Part shown: positions 42,953 to 53,634 of the stretch, piece after piece
How positions within the stretch are numbered: position 1 is the stretch's first letter
Layout of the letters: every line of letters starts with the position of its first letter
Assembly (NCBI GenBank): GCA_963764725.1
Contig: CAVXTM010000009.1
Coordinates: 32,001-96,000, forward strand
Source of the DNA: an uncultured Gammaproteobacteria bacterium
Lineage (GTDB): Bacteria; Pseudomonadota; Gammaproteobacteria; JACCXJ01
DNA length: 64,000 nt
Reading direction: 5' to 3'
Notes under the pieces: generated by a model
What the model was told of the DNA's origin: nothing
The model's input: only the letters and a program-made list of their open reading frames with translations
Database searches by the model: none
Translations under genes and position numbers: made by a program

Positions 42953-44274
42953 CTCTCGACCCGCCGCACCTGCTTAGCGTTGAACCGGGCGGGAAGCTCG
43001 CCGGCCGCTTGCGCGTGCCCGGTGACAAGTCCATCTCCCACCGCGCGCTCATGCTCGGGGCGATCGCCGAGGGTGTCACCGAAATCCGGGGATTCCTGGA
43101 GGGTGAAGACACGCTCGCGACGCTGCGGGCCTTCGAATCCATGGGCGTGGGTGTCGAGCGGCTCGGGGCGGGCGAGGTCAGGATCCACGGGGTAGGCTTG
43201 CACGGCTTGCGGCCGGCGCCCGGGCCGATCGATTTAGGCAATTCCGGTACCTCGATGCGATTGATGACGGGGCTCCTCGCGGGCCAGTCTTTCGACACGG
43301 AATTGGCCGGCGATGAGTCGCTGTCGCGGCGGCCGATGATGCGCGTCATCGAGCCCTTGCGCCGCATGGGGGCGCGGATCGAGTGTAGCTCCGCGGGCAC
43401 GCCGCCGGTCACTGTGTTCGGCGGAGCGCGACTTCGAGGCATCGATTATGATCTGCCGGTGGCCAGCGCCCAGGTCAAATCCGCTATCTTGCTTGCCGGT
43501 CTGTACGCGCGGGGGCAAACCTGTGTGCGGGAACCCCTCGCAAGCCGTGACCACAGCGAGCGCATGTTGGGCCGTTTCGGCTGCCGGCTACAAGCACAAG
43601 ACAGCGCGGTTTGCATGCGCGGTGAAGCGCCGCTCGCGGGCGTTGATGTCGATGTGCCGGCGGACCTGTCTTCGGCCGCGTTTTTCATCGTCGGCGCGAC
43701 GATAGCTCGCGGCTCGGATGTCGTGCTCGAGGAGGTGGGCGTCAATCCAACGCGCATCGGTGTGATCGAGATCCTGCGGCGCATGGGGGCGGACATCGAA
43801 CTTCAAAACAAACGCGAGGAGGGCGGTGAACCGGTTGCCGATCTGCGCGTGCGCGCAAGCGATCTGCACGGGATCCGTATTCCGGGCGATCTGGTACCGG
43901 CGGCTATCGACGAATTTCCCGTCATTTTAATCGCCGCGGCCTGCGCCCGCGGCGAAACCCTCTTGGAAGGCGCCGAGGAGCTTCGTTACAAGGAGAGCGA
44001 TCGGATAAGCAACATGGCGGAGGGCTTCAAGGCGCTGGGCATCGAGGCGCGGCCCACCCCGGACGGGATGCGCATCCGCGGTGCCGCGATCCAGGGGGGC
44101 CGCGTGGACAGCCGTGGTGACCATCGAGTAGCGATGGCATTTGCGATCGCGGGATTGCGGGCCGAGGGGCGTATCGTCATCGCCGACTGCGCGCTGATCA
44201 CTACGTCTTTCCCAAACTTCCTCGCGCTGGCGCGGGAAGCAGGTCTCCGAATCACGGCGGGCGCCCGATCGTGA
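42949..44274 (+). CDS. aroA: EPSP synthase
   Basis: PGDKSISHR, GNSGT, SAQVKS, KESDRI, DHR. Confidence 0.97.
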   Translation: MTLDPPHLLSVEPGGKLAGRLRVPGDKSISHRALMLGAIAEGVTEIRGFLEGEDTLATLRAFESMGVGVERLGAGEVRIHGVGLHGLRPAPGPIDLGNSGTSMRLMTGLLAGQSFDTELAGDESLSRRPMMRVIEPLRRMGARIECSSAGTPPVTVFGGARLRGIDYDLPVASAQVKSAILLAGLYARGQTCVREPLASRDHSERMLGRFGCRLQAQDSAVCMRGEAPLAGVDVDVPADLSSAAFFIVGATIARGSDVVLEEVGVNPTRIGVIEILRRMGADIELQNKREEGGEPVADLRVRASDLHGIRIPGDLVPAAIDEFPVILIAAACARGETLLEGAEELRYKESDRISNMAEGFKALGIEARPTPDGMRIRGAAIQGGRVDSRGDHRVAMAFAIAGLRAEGRIVIADCALITTSFPNFLALAREAGLRITAGARS

Positions 44275-44975
44275 GAGCCGAATCGATTCCCGTCATCGCC
44301 ATCGACGGTCCGAGCGGCACGGGCAAGGGCAGCGTCGGGGTGCGCCTCGCAAGGACGCTGGGATGGCATTTTCTCGATAGCGGGGCCTTGTACCGGACCT
44401 TGGGGTGGCTGGCGATGCGGAAGGCTGTAGCATTCGATGATGTGCAGCGGTTGGTTCATCTTGCGGCGCAGCTCGCGGTGGAATTCAGAGACGCTGGGCC
44501 GGGGTCGGAGGAGTTGCGCGTGATCTGCCGGGGAGAGGATGTGACTCGGAGCATTCGTTCGGAAGCCTGCGCGCACGCTGCCTCTCAGATCGCCGCGTTG
44601 CCCGCGGTCCGCGCGGCGCTTCTTGCGCAGCAGCGCTCCTTCCGGCAGCCTCCGGGCTTGGTAGCCGACGGCCGCGACATGGGAACGGCGGTTTTCGTGG
44701 ACGCCGGCCTTAAGATCTATCTCTCGGCCAGTCCGGAGGAGCGCGCCCAAAGGCGCTATAAGCAGTTGAAAGATCAGGGAGTCAATGTTAGTCTCCACAA
44801 TCTTTTAGAGGGCATCCTGGAACGCGATGCCCGTGATAGTGAGCGTGGCGCCTCGCCTTTACGGGCCGCGCCCGATGCCGTGACCATCGACACCACGCGC
44901 CTTGATCTCGGAGCGGTGGTTGAGCGTGTTATATACTTAATCGATGCGCGCGCTCGGCGCGCGGCTAAAAATTAA
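44271..44975 (+). CDS. cmk: Cytidylate kinase
   Basis: [24 protein letters not shown]. Confidence 0.97.
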   Translation: MRAESIPVIAIDGPSGTGKGSVGVRLARTLGWHFLDSGALYRTLGWLAMRKAVAFDDVQRLVHLAAQLAVEFRDAGPGSEELRVICRGEDVTRSIRSEACAHAASQIAALPAVRAALLAQQRSFRQPPGLVADGRDMGTAVFVDAGLKIYLSASPEERAQRRYKQLKDQGVNVSLHNLLEGILERDARDSERGASPLRAAPDAVTIDTTRLDLGAVVERVIYLIDARARRAAKN

Positions 44976-45000
44976 TAGTCGTTTGAGGATTCGGGACCTT

Positions 45001-46683
45001 ATGGTTGAAACGTTTGCGGAATTATTCGAGCAGAGTCAAATCGAGCACAAGATGCGTCCGGGCACCATCGTGACCGGTATCGTCGTCGATGTCCGGCCGG
45101 ATGCCGTGGTTGTTCATGCCGGCTTTAAATCGGAGGGGGTGATCCCCATCGAGCAATTCCGCAACGAGGCAGGCGCCATCGAAGTCACCATTGGCGATCG
45201 GATCGATGTCGCGCTAGATGCGATCGAAGACGGGTTCGGCGCCACTCGACTGTCGCGGGAAAAAGCGAAGCGCGTCATGGCCTGGAAGCGCCTAGAAGAA
45301 GCTTTGGAGGCCGGTAGCAACGTGACCGGTGTGATCACGGAGCGCGTGAAAGGGGGTTTTACGGTAGAGATCGAAGACATCCGTGCCTTCCTCCCGGGGT
45401 CGTTGGTGGATGTCCGGCCGGTACGCGATACCACCTATCTGGAAGGCAAGCCGCTCGAGTTCAAAGTGATTAAGGTTGACCATAAGCGTAACAATGTCGT
45501 GGTCTCCCGCCGTGCCGTGGTGGAAAGCGAGGGGGGCGCCGAGCGCGATGTGCTGTTGAATAGCATCGAGGAGGGCGGCGTTGTCAAGGGGGTAGTCAAG
45601 AACCTTACCGATTATGGTGCGTTTATCGACCTCGGTGGCGTCGATGGCTTACTTCATATCACGGACATGGCTTGGAAACGCGTTAAACACCCGAGCGAGG
45701 TTCTCAATGTCGGCGATGAAATTGACGTTAAGGTCCTGAAATTCGATCGGGAGCGCAACCGCGTCTCCTTGGGGCTCAAGCAGCTTGGGGAGGATCCCTG
45801 GATCGACATTGCACGCCGCTACCCGCAGCGTTCTCGTATCTTCGGCAAAGTCACCAACGTCGCCGACTATGGTTGCTTTGTGGAAATAGAACCAGGTGTC
45901 GAGGGTTTGGTTCACGTCTCGGAGATGGACTGGACCAACAGAAACGTTCATCCCTCGAAAGTGGTCCATGTTGGGCAGGAGGTCGAGGCGATGGTTCTCG
46001 ACATCGACCAGGAGCGGCGCCGCATCTCACTCGGCATGAAGCACTGCCAGCCGAATCCTTGGGAGGAGTTTGCGATAAGATTCAACAAGAACAGTAAGGT
46101 CCATGGAATCATAAAGTCCATCACTGATTTTGGTATTTTCGTGGGGCTCGAAGGGGGCATCGATGGCTTGGTGCACCTGTCTGATCTCTCGTGGTCGAGT
46201 GCGGGTGAGGAGGCGGTCAGAAATTACAAGAAGGGTCAAGAGGTCGAAACGGTGGTTCTCGCCATCGATGCGGAGCGGGAGCGGATTTCGCTAGGGATCA
46301 AACAATTGGAGAAGGATCCCTTTTCCAATTATCTGGCCGAGCACGAAAAGGGCAGTATCGTGACGGGCGTTGCCGTAATGGTCGATGCGCAAGGGGTAAC
46401 AGTCCGGCTCGCGGAAAGCGTCGAGGGCTATATTCGCGCGTCTGAGCTTTCACGAGATCCAGTGGACGACGCGCGCAAGGTGATCAAGGAGGAGCAAGAG
46501 GTCGAGGCCTTATTCGTTGCGATCGACCGCAAGAAGCGCATGATTTCTCTTTCTATCAAGGCGAAGGAATTTCACGAACAGGCTCAAGCGTTGGAAACCT
46601 ACGGGGCGGGGGCCGGCATGGCGACCACCAAGCTCGGCGATCTGCTCAAGCAGCGCCTCGACGGTGCCGAGTCGCCCGATTGA
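45001..46683 (+). CDS. rpsA: 30S ribosomal protein S1
   Basis: Six S1 repeats; [25 protein letters not shown]. Confidence 0.98.
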   Translation: MVETFAELFEQSQIEHKMRPGTIVTGIVVDVRPDAVVVHAGFKSEGVIPIEQFRNEAGAIEVTIGDRIDVALDAIEDGFGATRLSREKAKRVMAWKRLEEALEAGSNVTGVITERVKGGFTVEIEDIRAFLPGSLVDVRPVRDTTYLEGKPLEFKVIKVDHKRNNVVVSRRAVVESEGGAERDVLLNSIEEGGVVKGVVKNLTDYGAFIDLGGVDGLLHITDMAWKRVKHPSEVLNVGDEIDVKVLKFDRERNRVSLGLKQLGEDPWIDIARRYPQRSRIFGKVTNVADYGCFVEIEPGVEGLVHVSEMDWTNRNVHPSKVVHVGQEVEAMVLDIDQERRRISLGMKHCQPNPWEEFAIRFNKNSKVHGIIKSITDFGIFVGLEGGIDGLVHLSDLSWSSAGEEAVRNYKKGQEVETVVLAIDAERERISLGIKQLEKDPFSNYLAEHEKGSIVTGVAVMVDAQGVTVRLAESVEGYIRASELSRDPVDDARKVIKEEQEVEALFVAIDRKKRMISLSIKAKEFHEQAQALETYGAGAGMATTKLGDLLKQRLDGAESPD

Positions 46684-46749
46684 AGGCGCGCCATGCATGA
46701 ATGGCAGCGGTTTCTTCCCGCCCGGTAAGCGACACGGATAAGGCAGCAC

Positions 46750-47034
46750 ATGACTAAGTCGGAACTCATCGAATCCCTCGCGCGCAAGCAGATCCAACTG
46801 GGGAATAAAGATGTTGAGTTGGCGGTTAGGACCTTGTTGGAGCTCATGGCGTATACGCTCTCGACGGGGAGACGCATCGAGATCCGCGGTTTTGGAAGTT
46901 TCTCTCTCCATTATCGCCCGGCCCGGATCGGACGTAATCCGAAATCCGGAGATCCGGTGCCCCTGCCGGCGAAATACGTGCCGCACTTTAAACCGGGAAA
47001 ACAGATGAGAGAACGCGTCAACGGCGTGAAATAG
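46750..47034 (+). CDS. ihfB: Integration host factor beta
   Basis: [30 protein letters not shown]. Confidence 0.97.
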   Translation: MTKSELIESLARKQIQLGNKDVELAVRTLLELMAYTLSTGRRIEIRGFGSFSLHYRPARIGRNPKSGDPVPLPAKYVPHFKPGKQMRERVNGVK

Positions 47035-47128
47035 TTCGGTCTCGGAAAACAATCGAAGCATGGTTTCCTGCCCCGTTGGGGGATTCGAAGAAGGGGCGTG
47101 CTAGGTTTAACGGCTAAGGCGTGTGGCT

Positions 47129-47425
47129 ATGGTTCGCGTTCTAAAAGTAATCTTTCTGTTGGTCATCGTACTCGTCGGCCTTGAGCTGCATGTCAAGAAT
47201 CATCAATTAGTCGTGGTCGATTATTATTTGGGTACGGTGCAGTTGCCCGTGTCGCTCTTGATCGCTTGCACGTTGCTCTTGGGAGCGGTTCTGGGCGTCC
47301 TGGTAAATCTCAATGTCGTTGTGCGTTTGCGGCGTAAAATTGGTGAGCTCAAGCGTTCTTTGAAATCCGTGGATCAGAAGTTAACGAGAGGCCAATCCAT
47401 CACAACGCTCAAGGATGCCTCCTGA
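47129..47425 (+). CDS. lapA: LPS assembly protein A
   Basis: Two TM helices plus a coiled coil, between ihfB and lapB. Confidence 0.85.
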   Translation: MVRVLKVIFLLVIVLVGLELHVKNHQLVVVDYYLGTVQLPVSLLIACTLLLGAVLGVLVNLNVVVRLRRKIGELKRSLKSVDQKLTRGQSITTLKDAS

Positions 47426-48593
47426 GCCGTTCTCGAACCTCATTTGGTTGCTATTGCCGCTTGCCGCGGCGTCCGGTTGGTATCTGGCAAGCCGTGGCGG
47501 TGCTTACCGCCGTGGCGAGCCCGCCGCCCTCTCTAAGGATTACTTCAAAGGCCTAAACTACCTCCTAAACGAACAGCCGGATAAGGCCATCGACGTGTTC
47601 ATCGCGATGCTGGATGTCGAGAGGGACACGATTGAAACACAGCTTGCGTTGGGCAATCTGTTCCGTCGGCGCGGCGAAGTCGATCGGGCCATCCGCATCC
47701 ATCAAAGGTTAATTGCGCATTCTGCGTTGGGCGACGAGCAACGTTCTTTGGCGGCGCTCGAGTTAGGAATGGATTACCTGCGCTCGGGCTTGTTCGATCG
47801 GGCGGAGGGACTATTTAAGGGCCTGTTGAACTCCGGAGCCCACACGAAGAAGGCATTATCGCAGTTGCTGGATATCTATCAGCAAGAACAAGATTGGGAT
47901 AAGGCGATCGCGTGCGCGCGCGAGATCGAGACCCGATGCAAAGAGGATATGAGCAGTATGACGGCCCAGTTTTACTGCGAATGGGCGCGGCAGTGCGAGC
48001 TTCAAGGCCAAACCGCCGAGGCCGTCCGGTTATTGCAACGCGGGTTGGAAGCTGATCCCGGCTGCGCGCGCGCGAGCCTGATGGAAGGTAGAATCGCCAA
48101 GGCCTCCGGCGACACTCGCGCGGCGGTCATGGTGTTCAAAAGGATAGAGCATCAGGACCCTTCGGTTCTGGTACAAGCGCTACCGCACTTGCTCGAATGC
48201 TATCGAAGCTTGGGGCAATCCAACGAGTTTATAGCGTATTTGCGGACGCTCGTCGCCAAGAAATTCGGTGTCCAGATCTTGTTGATGCTGGCGGATCTGA
48301 TCGCGGAAGAGCGGGGCATCGAAGCGGCGATAAGCTATTTGAGTGACGAGCTAAACCGGCGGCCTTCCTTACGCGGATTGAACCAAATGCTCAAGTATTC
48401 AATAGCACACGGCGTGGCGTTGTCCAAGCCACAGTTGGCGGTGCTCAGCGACTACGTAGGCCGCTTGTTACGCCAACGATTGAACTACCAATGTCAGCAC
48501 TGCGGGTTCCTGGCGAAGACACACCATTGGCAATGCCCGACTTGCAAGCATTGGAGCAGCGTTAAGCCGGTCGATGATCTCGACGGCAACTGA
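47415..48593 (+). CDS. lapB: LPS assembly protein B
   Basis: YFKGLNYLLNEQPDKA, LFRRRGEVDRAIRIHQ, CxxC...CPTC rubredoxin motif. Confidence 0.96.
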   Translation: MPPEPFSNLIWLLLPLAAASGWYLASRGGAYRRGEPAALSKDYFKGLNYLLNEQPDKAIDVFIAMLDVERDTIETQLALGNLFRRRGEVDRAIRIHQRLIAHSALGDEQRSLAALELGMDYLRSGLFDRAEGLFKGLLNSGAHTKKALSQLLDIYQQEQDWDKAIACAREIETRCKEDMSSMTAQFYCEWARQCELQGQTAEAVRLLQRGLEADPGCARASLMEGRIAKASGDTRAAVMVFKRIEHQDPSVLVQALPHLLECYRSLGQSNEFIAYLRTLVAKKFGVQILLMLADLIAEERGIEAAISYLSDELNRRPSLRGLNQMLKYSIAHGVALSKPQLAVLSDYVGRLLRQRLNYQCQHCGFLAKTHHWQCPTCKHWSSVKPVDDLDGN

Positions 48594-48737
48594 GAGCTTG
48601 TGAATAAATCTACTGCGCAGCCCGCCCGCTTCGTTGCGCGGTGCTCGGAATCCTCATGTATTTCCACATACACTGCGGTTCCTGCGCGCCGTGCGCCTTG
48701 CGGGCGGGCTTGCTCGCTACGATTTCTTCACAAGCTC
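48594..48737. mobile_element. 144-bp MITE with 17-bp terminal inverted repeats
   Basis: GAGCTTGTGAATAAATC ... GATTTCTTCACAAGCTC (1 mismatch), with internal stem-loops. Confidence 0.85.
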
Positions 48738-48756
48738 CGCGCAACGCGGTGACGCG

Positions 48757-51700
48757 ATGAGCGAATCAAACCCCGAATACAGCGTGTTCGAGCCTCCGGG
48801 TCCGCGTCCGGCCGGTGGACGGCTCTATTGGACGCGTTTACACGGAAGCGCCAAGGCGCTTGCCGTCTCAAGGCTCGCGGAGAGATGGGACGGCCTGGTG
48901 GCGGTCGTCGCCAAGGACGCGCTGCATGCGGAGCGCCTCGAGGAGGAGCTTGGGTTCTTTAGCGGGGGTGGTCAAGCAACCGAGATCCTTAGCTTTCCTG
49001 ATTGGGAAACCTTGCCCTATGACCGCTTTTCACCTTATCAGGACATCGTCTCGCGGCGCCTGGAAACGCTGGCGCGCTTACCGCAACTTAGAGGAGGTTA
49101 TTTGATCATCTCCGTCGCCACCTTGATGCATCGGTTGGCGCCGCGCGACTATCTTGAGGCCAACACCCTCGTGCTCAAAGTGGGCGAGCGCCTGGATCGC
49201 GAGCGTTTCCGCGAACGACTGATTCACGGAGGGTATCGCTGCGTCTCGCAGGTGCTGGAGCACGGTGACTTCGCCGTTCGGGGATCGCTACTCGATGTGT
49301 ATCCGATGGGCAGCCGGTTCCCTTATCGCATCGATTGGTTCGACGAGCTGATCGATACGCTGCGCTTCTTTGATCCGGAAACGCAACGGTCCATCGAGAG
49401 CAGCGATCGGATCGAGGTGCTACCCGCGCGCGAGTTTCCTCTAACGCCGAAGGCGCTCGAGTGCTTCCGCGCGAACTGGCGCGCGCGCTTTGAGGGCGCG
49501 CCCGGGGATTGCCCGATCTACCGCGAGGTGAGCCAGGGCCTCGCGCCCGGGGGTATCGAGTATTACGCCCCGCTTTTTTTCACCAGTGGCGCAGTGTTGT
49601 TCGATTATCTGCCCGAGGGGAGCGTCGTGGTGCTGGATGACGGTGCATTGGAGACGGCAAGAGCGTTTTGGGCTGAAATTGGTCAACGCTATGAAGCCGC
49701 CCGCTACGATCGCGAGCGGCCGTTGTTACCCCCCGATGAGGTGTTTCTCCCGCCCGAGGAGCTTTCTGCTCGGCTAAAAATCCATCCGGCGATCCTCATC
49801 GCGGGGCTGACGGCGCCAAAGCATGCTGTGAGTTTCTCAAGCAGCATGCCGGTGCGGCTTCCGATCGACGGCCGGGCCGCGGATCCGCTGGCCGTCGTCA
49901 AACACTATTTGCAATCTTTCGGCGGACGGGTCTTATTTGCCGCCGAGTCGAAAGGCCGCCGCGAGACACTCTCGGAGCTCCTGCGCCAGCACCAGATTGA
50001 ATTCCAAGCCTATGCGGATTGGGCGTCGTTTCTTAAAGGCGAAGCGCGAATCGGATTGACCATCGCTGCCCTCGATCAAGGCATGCAGTTGGACAGTCCC
50101 CGCATCGCCATCGTTGGCGAAGCTCAGTTGTTCGGGGAACGCGCGCGGCAAGAGCGCCGCCGGAGCCGCGCGGCACGGGATCCTGAAAGCATCATTCGCG
50201 ATCTCACCGAGCTCCACGCCGGTGCGCCGGTCGTGCATGAGCATCATGGAGTCGGACGTTATCTGGGGCTCTTTATGATCGAGACCAACGGCGTTCCTGG
50301 TGAATACCTCGGCGTGGAGTACGCCGATGCGGACCGCCTCTACGTTCCGGTGCTATCGCTCCACCTCATCACCCGCTATTCCGGCGTGGACCCCGGTCAT
50401 GCGCCCTTGCACAAGCTCGGCAGCGGTCAGTGGCAACGGGCCCGCGCCAAGGCTGCGAAACGCATCCGTGACGTGGCCGCGGAGCTTCTGGAGATTTACG
50501 CGCGCCGCGCCGCGCGCAAAGGGTACGCGTTTACGCTGGAACGGGATCAATACCAGGCGTTTATACAGGGGTTCCCTTTCGAGGAGACACCGGACCAGGA
50601 GGCGGCGATCGGCGCGGTTGTGCACGATTTGCAAGGCGAGCAACCGATGGATCGGCTCATATGCGGCGACGTGGGGTTCGGAAAAACCGAGGTGGCCATG
50701 CGCGCGGCTTTCGTCGCGGCCATGGGCGGCAAGCAGGTCGCGATCCTGGTGCCGACCACTCTTCTGGCGCAACAGCACTATCGTAACTTCAAGGATCGAT
50801 TCGCGGAATGGCCGCTGCGCATAGAGCTACTGTCACGGTTCCAGGGCAAGAAAGACCAGGATAAAGTCGCGGCAGGGCTCAAGGACGGCGCGGTCGATAT
50901 TGTCGTCGGAACCCACAAACTGTTGCAGGAGTCAATTGTCTTCAAGCGCCTCGGGCTGTGCGTAATCGATGAAGAGCACCGCTTTGGGGTGCGGCAAAAG
51001 GAACGGCTGAAAGCCCTGCGTTCGGAGTTGGATATCTTGACGCTGACCGCGACTCCAATTCCTCGCACGCTCAACTTGGCCCTGTTCGGCACCCGCGAGC
51101 TGTCGATTATCGCGTCGCCCCCTGCGAGGCGCATCGCCGTTAAGACCTTCGTGACCGAGTGGGACCAGGCGCTGTTGCGCGAAGCCATGGGGCGCGAGAT
51201 CAGCCGCGGCGGCCAGATCTACTTCCTGCATAACGAGGTGGAAACGATCGAAGGAACCGCTCGCGAGGTTGCAGCGCTCATTCCCGAGGCGCGCGTGCGC
51301 GTGGCGCACGGACAGATGCGGGAGCGCGAGCTCGAGCAGGTGATGCTCGATTTCTACCATCGCCGCATTGCGTGCCTCGTTTGCACGACTATCATCGAGA
51401 CCGGGATCGATGTGCCGAACGCCAATACCATCATCATCAATCGCGCCGACAAATTCGGGCTCGCGCAGCTCTATCAACTGCGCGGCCGGGTGGGCCGCTC
51501 GCATCACCGGGCGTATGCCTATCTCGTGGTGCCGTCCCGGAAGGCCCTCAAGGGCGACGCGCTGAGGAGACTCGAAGCCATCGAGTCGATCGAGGATCTC
51601 GGCATCGGGTTTACCTTAGCCACTCATGACCTTGAGATCCGCGGCGCTGGAGAGATCCTCGGTGAGGAGCAAAGCGGGCATATTCAGGAAGTCGGTTTCG

Positions 51701-52230
51701 GCTTGTTCACGGAACTGCTCGAGCGGGCGATCCAGGCGCTCAAGGCCGGGCGGCAGCCGGAGCTCGACCGGCCGCTCGATCATGGCGTCGAGATCGAGAT
51801 CCATGTTCCGGTGCTGATCCCCGGCGATTATGTACCCGATGTCCACACCCGTCTAATCATGTACAAACGGATCGCGAACGCTAGTGATCCTGAGGAGCTT
51901 GGCCGGCTGGAAGAAGAAATGATCGATCGTTTCGGCGCGCTGCCGCAGTCCGCCAAGGATCTGTTTCGGATCACGCGGCTCAAGCAGCGGGCGGCGCCTC
52001 TCGGGGTCCGCAAGATCGAACTCGGCGCGCATGGCGGGCGGGTGCTCTTCCATGCGCAGGCCGAGGTCAACCCGCTGGCCTTAGTGAAACTGGTGCAGAC
52101 CCAACTTCATACCTACAAGCTCGAGCAAGGAGACAAGATCCGGATCACGGCCTCGCTGCCCGATGCCGATGCGCGCATCGGCGCGCTCGATCGTTTGTTC
52201 GATCAACTGAGGCAGCGGGCGGCAGCGTAA
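48757..52230 (+). CDS. mfd: Transcription-repair coupling factor
   Basis: WETLPYD, GDVGFGKTE, DEEHRFG, TATPIPRT, QLRGRVGR; ATG at 48757 after the MITE. Confidence 0.97.
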   Translation: MSESNPEYSVFEPPGPRPAGGRLYWTRLHGSAKALAVSRLAERWDGLVAVVAKDALHAERLEEELGFFSGGGQATEILSFPDWETLPYDRFSPYQDIVSRRLETLARLPQLRGGYLIISVATLMHRLAPRDYLEANTLVLKVGERLDRERFRERLIHGGYRCVSQVLEHGDFAVRGSLLDVYPMGSRFPYRIDWFDELIDTLRFFDPETQRSIESSDRIEVLPAREFPLTPKALECFRANWRARFEGAPGDCPIYREVSQGLAPGGIEYYAPLFFTSGAVLFDYLPEGSVVVLDDGALETARAFWAEIGQRYEAARYDRERPLLPPDEVFLPPEELSARLKIHPAILIAGLTAPKHAVSFSSSMPVRLPIDGRAADPLAVVKHYLQSFGGRVLFAAESKGRRETLSELLRQHQIEFQAYADWASFLKGEARIGLTIAALDQGMQLDSPRIAIVGEAQLFGERARQERRRSRAARDPESIIRDLTELHAGAPVVHEHHGVGRYLGLFMIETNGVPGEYLGVEYADADRLYVPVLSLHLITRYSGVDPGHAPLHKLGSGQWQRARAKAAKRIRDVAAELLEIYARRAARKGYAFTLERDQYQAFIQGFPFEETPDQEAAIGAVVHDLQGEQPMDRLICGDVGFGKTEVAMRAAFVAAMGGKQVAILVPTTLLAQQHYRNFKDRFAEWPLRIELLSRFQGKKDQDKVAAGLKDGAVDIVVGTHKLLQESIVFKRLGLCVIDEEHRFGVRQKERLKALRSELDILTLTATPIPRTLNLALFGTRELSIIASPPARRIAVKTFVTEWDQALLREAMGREISRGGQIYFLHNEVETIEGTAREVAALIPEARVRVAHGQMRERELEQVMLDFYHRRIACLVCTTIIETGIDVPNANTIIINRADKFGLAQLYQLRGRVGRSHHRAYAYLVVPSRKALKGDALRRLEAIESIEDLGIGFTLATHDLEIRGAGEILGEEQSGHIQEVGFGLFTELLERAIQALKAGRQPELDRPLDHGVEIEIHVPVLIPGDYVPDVHTRLIMYKRIANASDPEELGRLEEEMIDRFGALPQSAKDLFRITRLKQRAAPLGVRKIELGAHGGRVLFHAQAEVNPLALVKLVQTQLHTYKLEQGDKIRITASLPDADARIGALDRLFDQLRQRAAA

Positions 52231-52301
52231 GCCTAGCCAAACATATATGAAATTCGGGGTACCTCTTCACGTTCCATGTTCCTCCGGGAGTGGCACCGCC
52301 T

Positions 52302-53611
52302 TGTGCAAGCCGCGCATGGTTTACAAAATAGACCGGGGCGCATGGTTTACAAATTCTCTCCCTGTCCGTGCCATTGGCTGGGAGGGTTGATTTTCTGGTT
52401 TCGCTCATTGAGTACACCCAGAAGATGAAAGCTATAGCGTACTTCCCACAGGAACTCGTCAATCTGGTGCATGCCGATCGGTTCCTTGGCCAGAATGTCT
52501 GAGACATAGAGCAGATGGCCTTTCCACTTGATTTCGCCATTATGTCGCACCCTTCGGACCGTCACCTCAGTCCCATACGCCACTGGCGGCAGCTTCGTGG
52601 GATAACTCCTGGGCGAGGCCGTGTACCGTTCACGAGGTGTTCGCCGTGCCAGCGCTTCATGGCTACGCTCTGCGTTGTACTCGCTGACAAACGCGTTAAA
52701 GCGTTGCTGCTGGGCTTCGAGCGTCGCTGCAGGAGGCGCCACCGCGGCTTCTTTCAACGTCCGATGCATGCGCTCATGTCGGCCATTCTGATCCGGCCGG
52801 CCAGGTTCAATGCGCTCGGGACGGATACCCAGCCGAATCCACCAGGCCGACAGCCGACTCAACCCACCCACCGCCAGCGAGGCAAAGGGGGCGCCGTTGT
52901 CGGTCCGTATAGCTTCCGGCAATCCGTACTCCCGAAAGACCCATTCGAACCAAGGCTGGACCTCGGCCCACGTCGGTCGTGCCAGACCTCGGCACTGCAA
53001 GAGGTAACGGCTGAAGTTGTCCGTCATCGTCAGCGGGTAACAGCGCCGGCCATCGCCCAGCACGAAATCGCCTTTGAAGTCCGCGCTCCAAAGGGCATTG
53101 GCGCCGTCGCAGTGGAGCAACGGCTCGCTGTGAGGCGCCACCCGCCGACGGCGGCGACGCGGACCCACCAGACCCGCCCGCTTCAGAATCTCACCCGCCG
53201 TACTGTCGGCGGGCCAAGCCACCGCGGGATCTTCACGGCGCAACCCATCCATCACCTTCTTCGGCCCAAAACGTTGATGCCGCAGTTTGTACTGCACGAT
53301 TCTTTCGCACAGCGCCGGTTCACTCGCATTGGGATGATACTTGGCCGCCCGCGACCACTCCTTGAGCCCATCCAGCCCCAACCGCTGGTACCGCTCAATC
53401 CATTTGTCACCTGTCGGGCGACTGATCCCATAAAACTCACACAAATTGATCTTGGGGCACTGACCATTCAACCAGTCACCGATAAATTGAACTCGTTGGT
53501 CCATCGCACAGGTCTCTTTCCACGGCATTGGCGTTTCCTCCTCGCCAATACCATAACTGATGTAAACCATGTGCCCGGTTTGTTTTGTAAAGGATCATAC
53601 CGGTTTGTACC
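52302..53611 (-). mobile_element. IS481-family insertion sequence
   Basis: Imperfect ~50-bp inverted ends with repeated CATGGTTTACA / TGTAAACCATG units around a transposase gene. Ends approximate. Confidence 0.85.
52347..53528 (-). CDS. IS481-family transposase
   Basis: MPWKET, WSADFKG, RTDNGAPF, QNGRHERMHRTLK (rve DDE). Confidence 0.93.
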   Translation of the reverse strand: MPWKETCAMDQRVQFIGDWLNGQCPKINLCEFYGISRPTGDKWIERYQRLGLDGLKEWSRAAKYHPNASEPALCERIVQYKLRHQRFGPKKVMDGLRREDPAVAWPADSTAGEILKRAGLVGPRRRRRRVAPHSEPLLHCDGANALWSADFKGDFVLGDGRRCYPLTMTDNFSRYLLQCRGLARPTWAEVQPWFEWVFREYGLPEAIRTDNGAPFASLAVGGLSRLSAWWIRLGIRPERIEPGRPDQNGRHERMHRTLKEAAVAPPAATLEAQQQRFNAFVSEYNAERSHEALARRTPRERYTASPRSYPTKLPPVAYGTEVTVRRVRHNGEIKWKGHLLYVSDILAKEPIGMHQIDEFLWEVRYSFHLLGVLNERNQKINPPSQWHGQGENL

Positions 53612-53634
53612 CACCCTATCCCTCTCCCGGTGGG
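53612..53634 (+). repeat. REP-like palindrome fragment between IS481 and IS4
   Basis: CACCCTATCCCTCTCCCGGTGGG matches the intact copy at 56434-56469. Confidence 0.75.

Noticed and set aside
48634-48756. N-terminal extension of Mfd
   Set aside because: Mostly translation of the MITE; ATG 48757 is the better start.
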